16,293 bases of DNA from an uncultured archaeon (GTDB taxonomy: Archaea > Asgardarchaeota > Lokiarchaeia > Sigyniarchaeales > SOKP01): positions 1-16,293 of the forward strand of contig CAZDTP010000073.1 in assembly GCA_964508365.1 (NCBI GenBank). Reading direction: 5' to 3'. The translations under genes and the position numbers were made by a program. Shown here one piece after another: positions 14,849-16,293 of this stretch. How positions within the stretch are numbered: position 1 is the first letter of the stretch; each line of letters begins with the position of its first letter. The notes below the pieces were generated by a model that saw only the letters and a program-made list of their open reading frames with translations, did not search any database and was not told where the DNA came from.

Positions 14849-15664
14849 ATGCCGATTGTTGGAATAGATTATGAAAAATGTAATGGATGTCGATTATGTA
14901 TTAAAGAATGTCCCATACATTTTTTCATAGATGAATCAAATAATAAAATTTTTTTTGAGGATATTGACAATTCATGTAGTTTGTGTGGACACTGTATCGC
15001 AGTCTGTCCACAAGATGCAATAATTTATGAGGATTTTGGAGATGAGGCATTCACATTTGATGGGATTGAAAATCTAGATAGAATTATACCATATGATAAC
15101 CTGTATAAATTTCTAAGAGCTCACCGTTCGATAAGACAATACAAAAAAAAAGAAGTACCGAAAGACACTTTGAAAAAAGTCCTAGGTCTTATGCAATATG
15201 CTCCAACAGGCAGCAACCTAAGATATGAAAAATACGTAGTTGTGTCAGATCGAGAAAAGTTAAAGAGCTTATCAGATATGGTAATTGACACATTGTTAAA
15301 TACACTCGGAATGAGAGCACAATATGAGAAATCTTTTGAAGCTCGGAAAAAGCATTATGATATTCCCCTATTCCATGACGCCCCTCATGTAATATTTGTG
15401 TCTTCGCTGCTGGATATGCAACTTGCGGATCATAACATTGGTATCATTATCACTTACGGTAGACTCGCAGCGCAATCCTTAGGCTTAGGTACTTGTTGGA
15501 ACGGTTATATTCAAATCGCATCTCAACATAACAAGAATATAATGAAACTAGCTAGTGTTAGAGGAAAACATATGGGAGCTTTCACCATTGGTTATCCTAA
15601 CATAACCTTCAAACGAGCTCCTCCTCGCTCACGAAAACCGGTAAAAGGATTGGATTTAGATTAA
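14849..15664 (+). CDS. Nitroreductase-family flavoprotein with an N-terminal 2x[4Fe-4S] ferredoxin domain
   Basis: CNGCRLCIKECP and CSLCGHCIAVCP cluster motifs, then RAHRSIRQY, APTGSN, LGLGTCW and IGYP nitroreductase motifs. Confidence 0.92.
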   Translation: MPIVGIDYEKCNGCRLCIKECPIHFFIDESNNKIFFEDIDNSCSLCGHCIAVCPQDAIIYEDFGDEAFTFDGIENLDRIIPYDNLYKFLRAHRSIRQYKKKEVPKDTLKKVLGLMQYAPTGSNLRYEKYVVVSDREKLKSLSDMVIDTLLNTLGMRAQYEKSFEARKKHYDIPLFHDAPHVIFVSSLLDMQLADHNIGIIITYGRLAAQSLGLGTCWNGYIQIASQHNKNIMKLASVRGKHMGAFTIGYPNITFKRAPPRSRKPVKGLDLD

Positions 15665-15713
15665 TAATAATTTTCAGAAAATATTTTTTTATATTACACC
15701 ATATAATTGATAG

Positions 15714-16293
15714 TCATTTATAGAATCGTTCTGAAGAATTAATTAGTACGTGAATTGCAGATTCAGAAACATAGTAATCATTGAATAAAAAGACTTGATA
15801 AATATAATCTAATCCGTAGTAGGTATCTGCGTAGTAAAACTGAGCGTTAAATATTAAGTGATAATTGCTTTGAAATCTACTATCTACTTTAATATAGTCA
15901 AAATACTCATCATTCAATATAAGACAATATAAGAAAGGTAATATTTTGATCTAAAATGTAATCAACATCTTCAGGGTTCTAATATAGGTGCAAATCTTGT
16001 AAACTATTTGGAAATATATCTATTGTGCGGATATCAGAATAAAAAGGAATAGCTCCAGCATCCCAAGCGGCAAGAGATGCGCTTTCTGATGAATTCTCGT
16101 TAATTTACTTTCTTAAAATAATATATACGCAACTAATCCTAACATAATGGTAGAAATTTATAGTAAAGCAGCTAAATTTATGAAAGAATAGGGAGTAAAT
16201 CCATAAAAAAATAAAGCTGGGTGTGCACGATGTGGTGGCGATTCAGCAATTAAAGAAGCGTATATTAGTATATCACATTAAAAGAAAATAAAA
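15714..16293 (-). pseudogene. Degraded gene for a GT-C-like (membrane glycosyltransferase-type) protein, running off the window edge
   Basis: The minus strand gives a TM-like segment with stops (ILIYASLIAESPPHRAHPALFFYGFTPYSFINLAALL*ISTIMLGLVAYILF*). After a frame change it reads SASLAAWDAGAIPFYSDIRTIDIFPNSLQDLHLY*NPEDVDYILDQNITFLIL. A 10-bp duplication then shifts the frame into the track's 15714-15917 ORF. Confidence 0.6.
15915..15934. repeat. Perfect 10-bp tandem duplication causing a frameshift
   Basis: CAATATAAGA at 15915-15924 and again at 15925-15934. Confidence 0.9.

Noticed and set aside
15714-15917. The 67-aa ORF as an independent small gene
   Set aside because: It is better explained as the frameshifted 3' end of the larger pseudogene; its TTG start is simply the last Leu codon of the duplicated 10-mer.

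Overview
AT-rich archaeal window, most likely Asgard archaea (Lokiarchaeia-like). This is inferred from an archaeal-type tRNA with a bulge-helix-bulge intron, a UPF0147 gene, a Rab-like GTPase fused to a longin/uDENN-like domain, and a single-domain gelsolin. Gene order: 5'-truncated YkgJ-type Cys-cluster protein, macrodomain protein, an enlarged PEP synthase (ppsA), UPF0147 protein, tRNA-Pro(CGG) with a non-canonical 25/26 intron, longin/uDENN-like + Rab-like GTPase fusion, a convergent receiver + triple-PAS histidine kinase pair, three co-oriented membrane proteins (PH-like, alpha/beta hydrolase, M28 peptidase), gelsolin-domain protein, HGSNAT-like acetyltransferase, a decayed M29 aminopeptidase remnant, a ferredoxin-nitroreductase fusion, and a decayed GT-C-like membrane protein. 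The most notable items are the intron-containing tRNA (absent from the ORF track, with an unusual A37), the longin/DENN-like-GTPase fusion, the gelsolin, and two pseudogenes that the ORF track misses or shows only as a fragment. No CRISPR array, rRNA or mobile element was seen. All family calls come from motif recognition, not from database searches.
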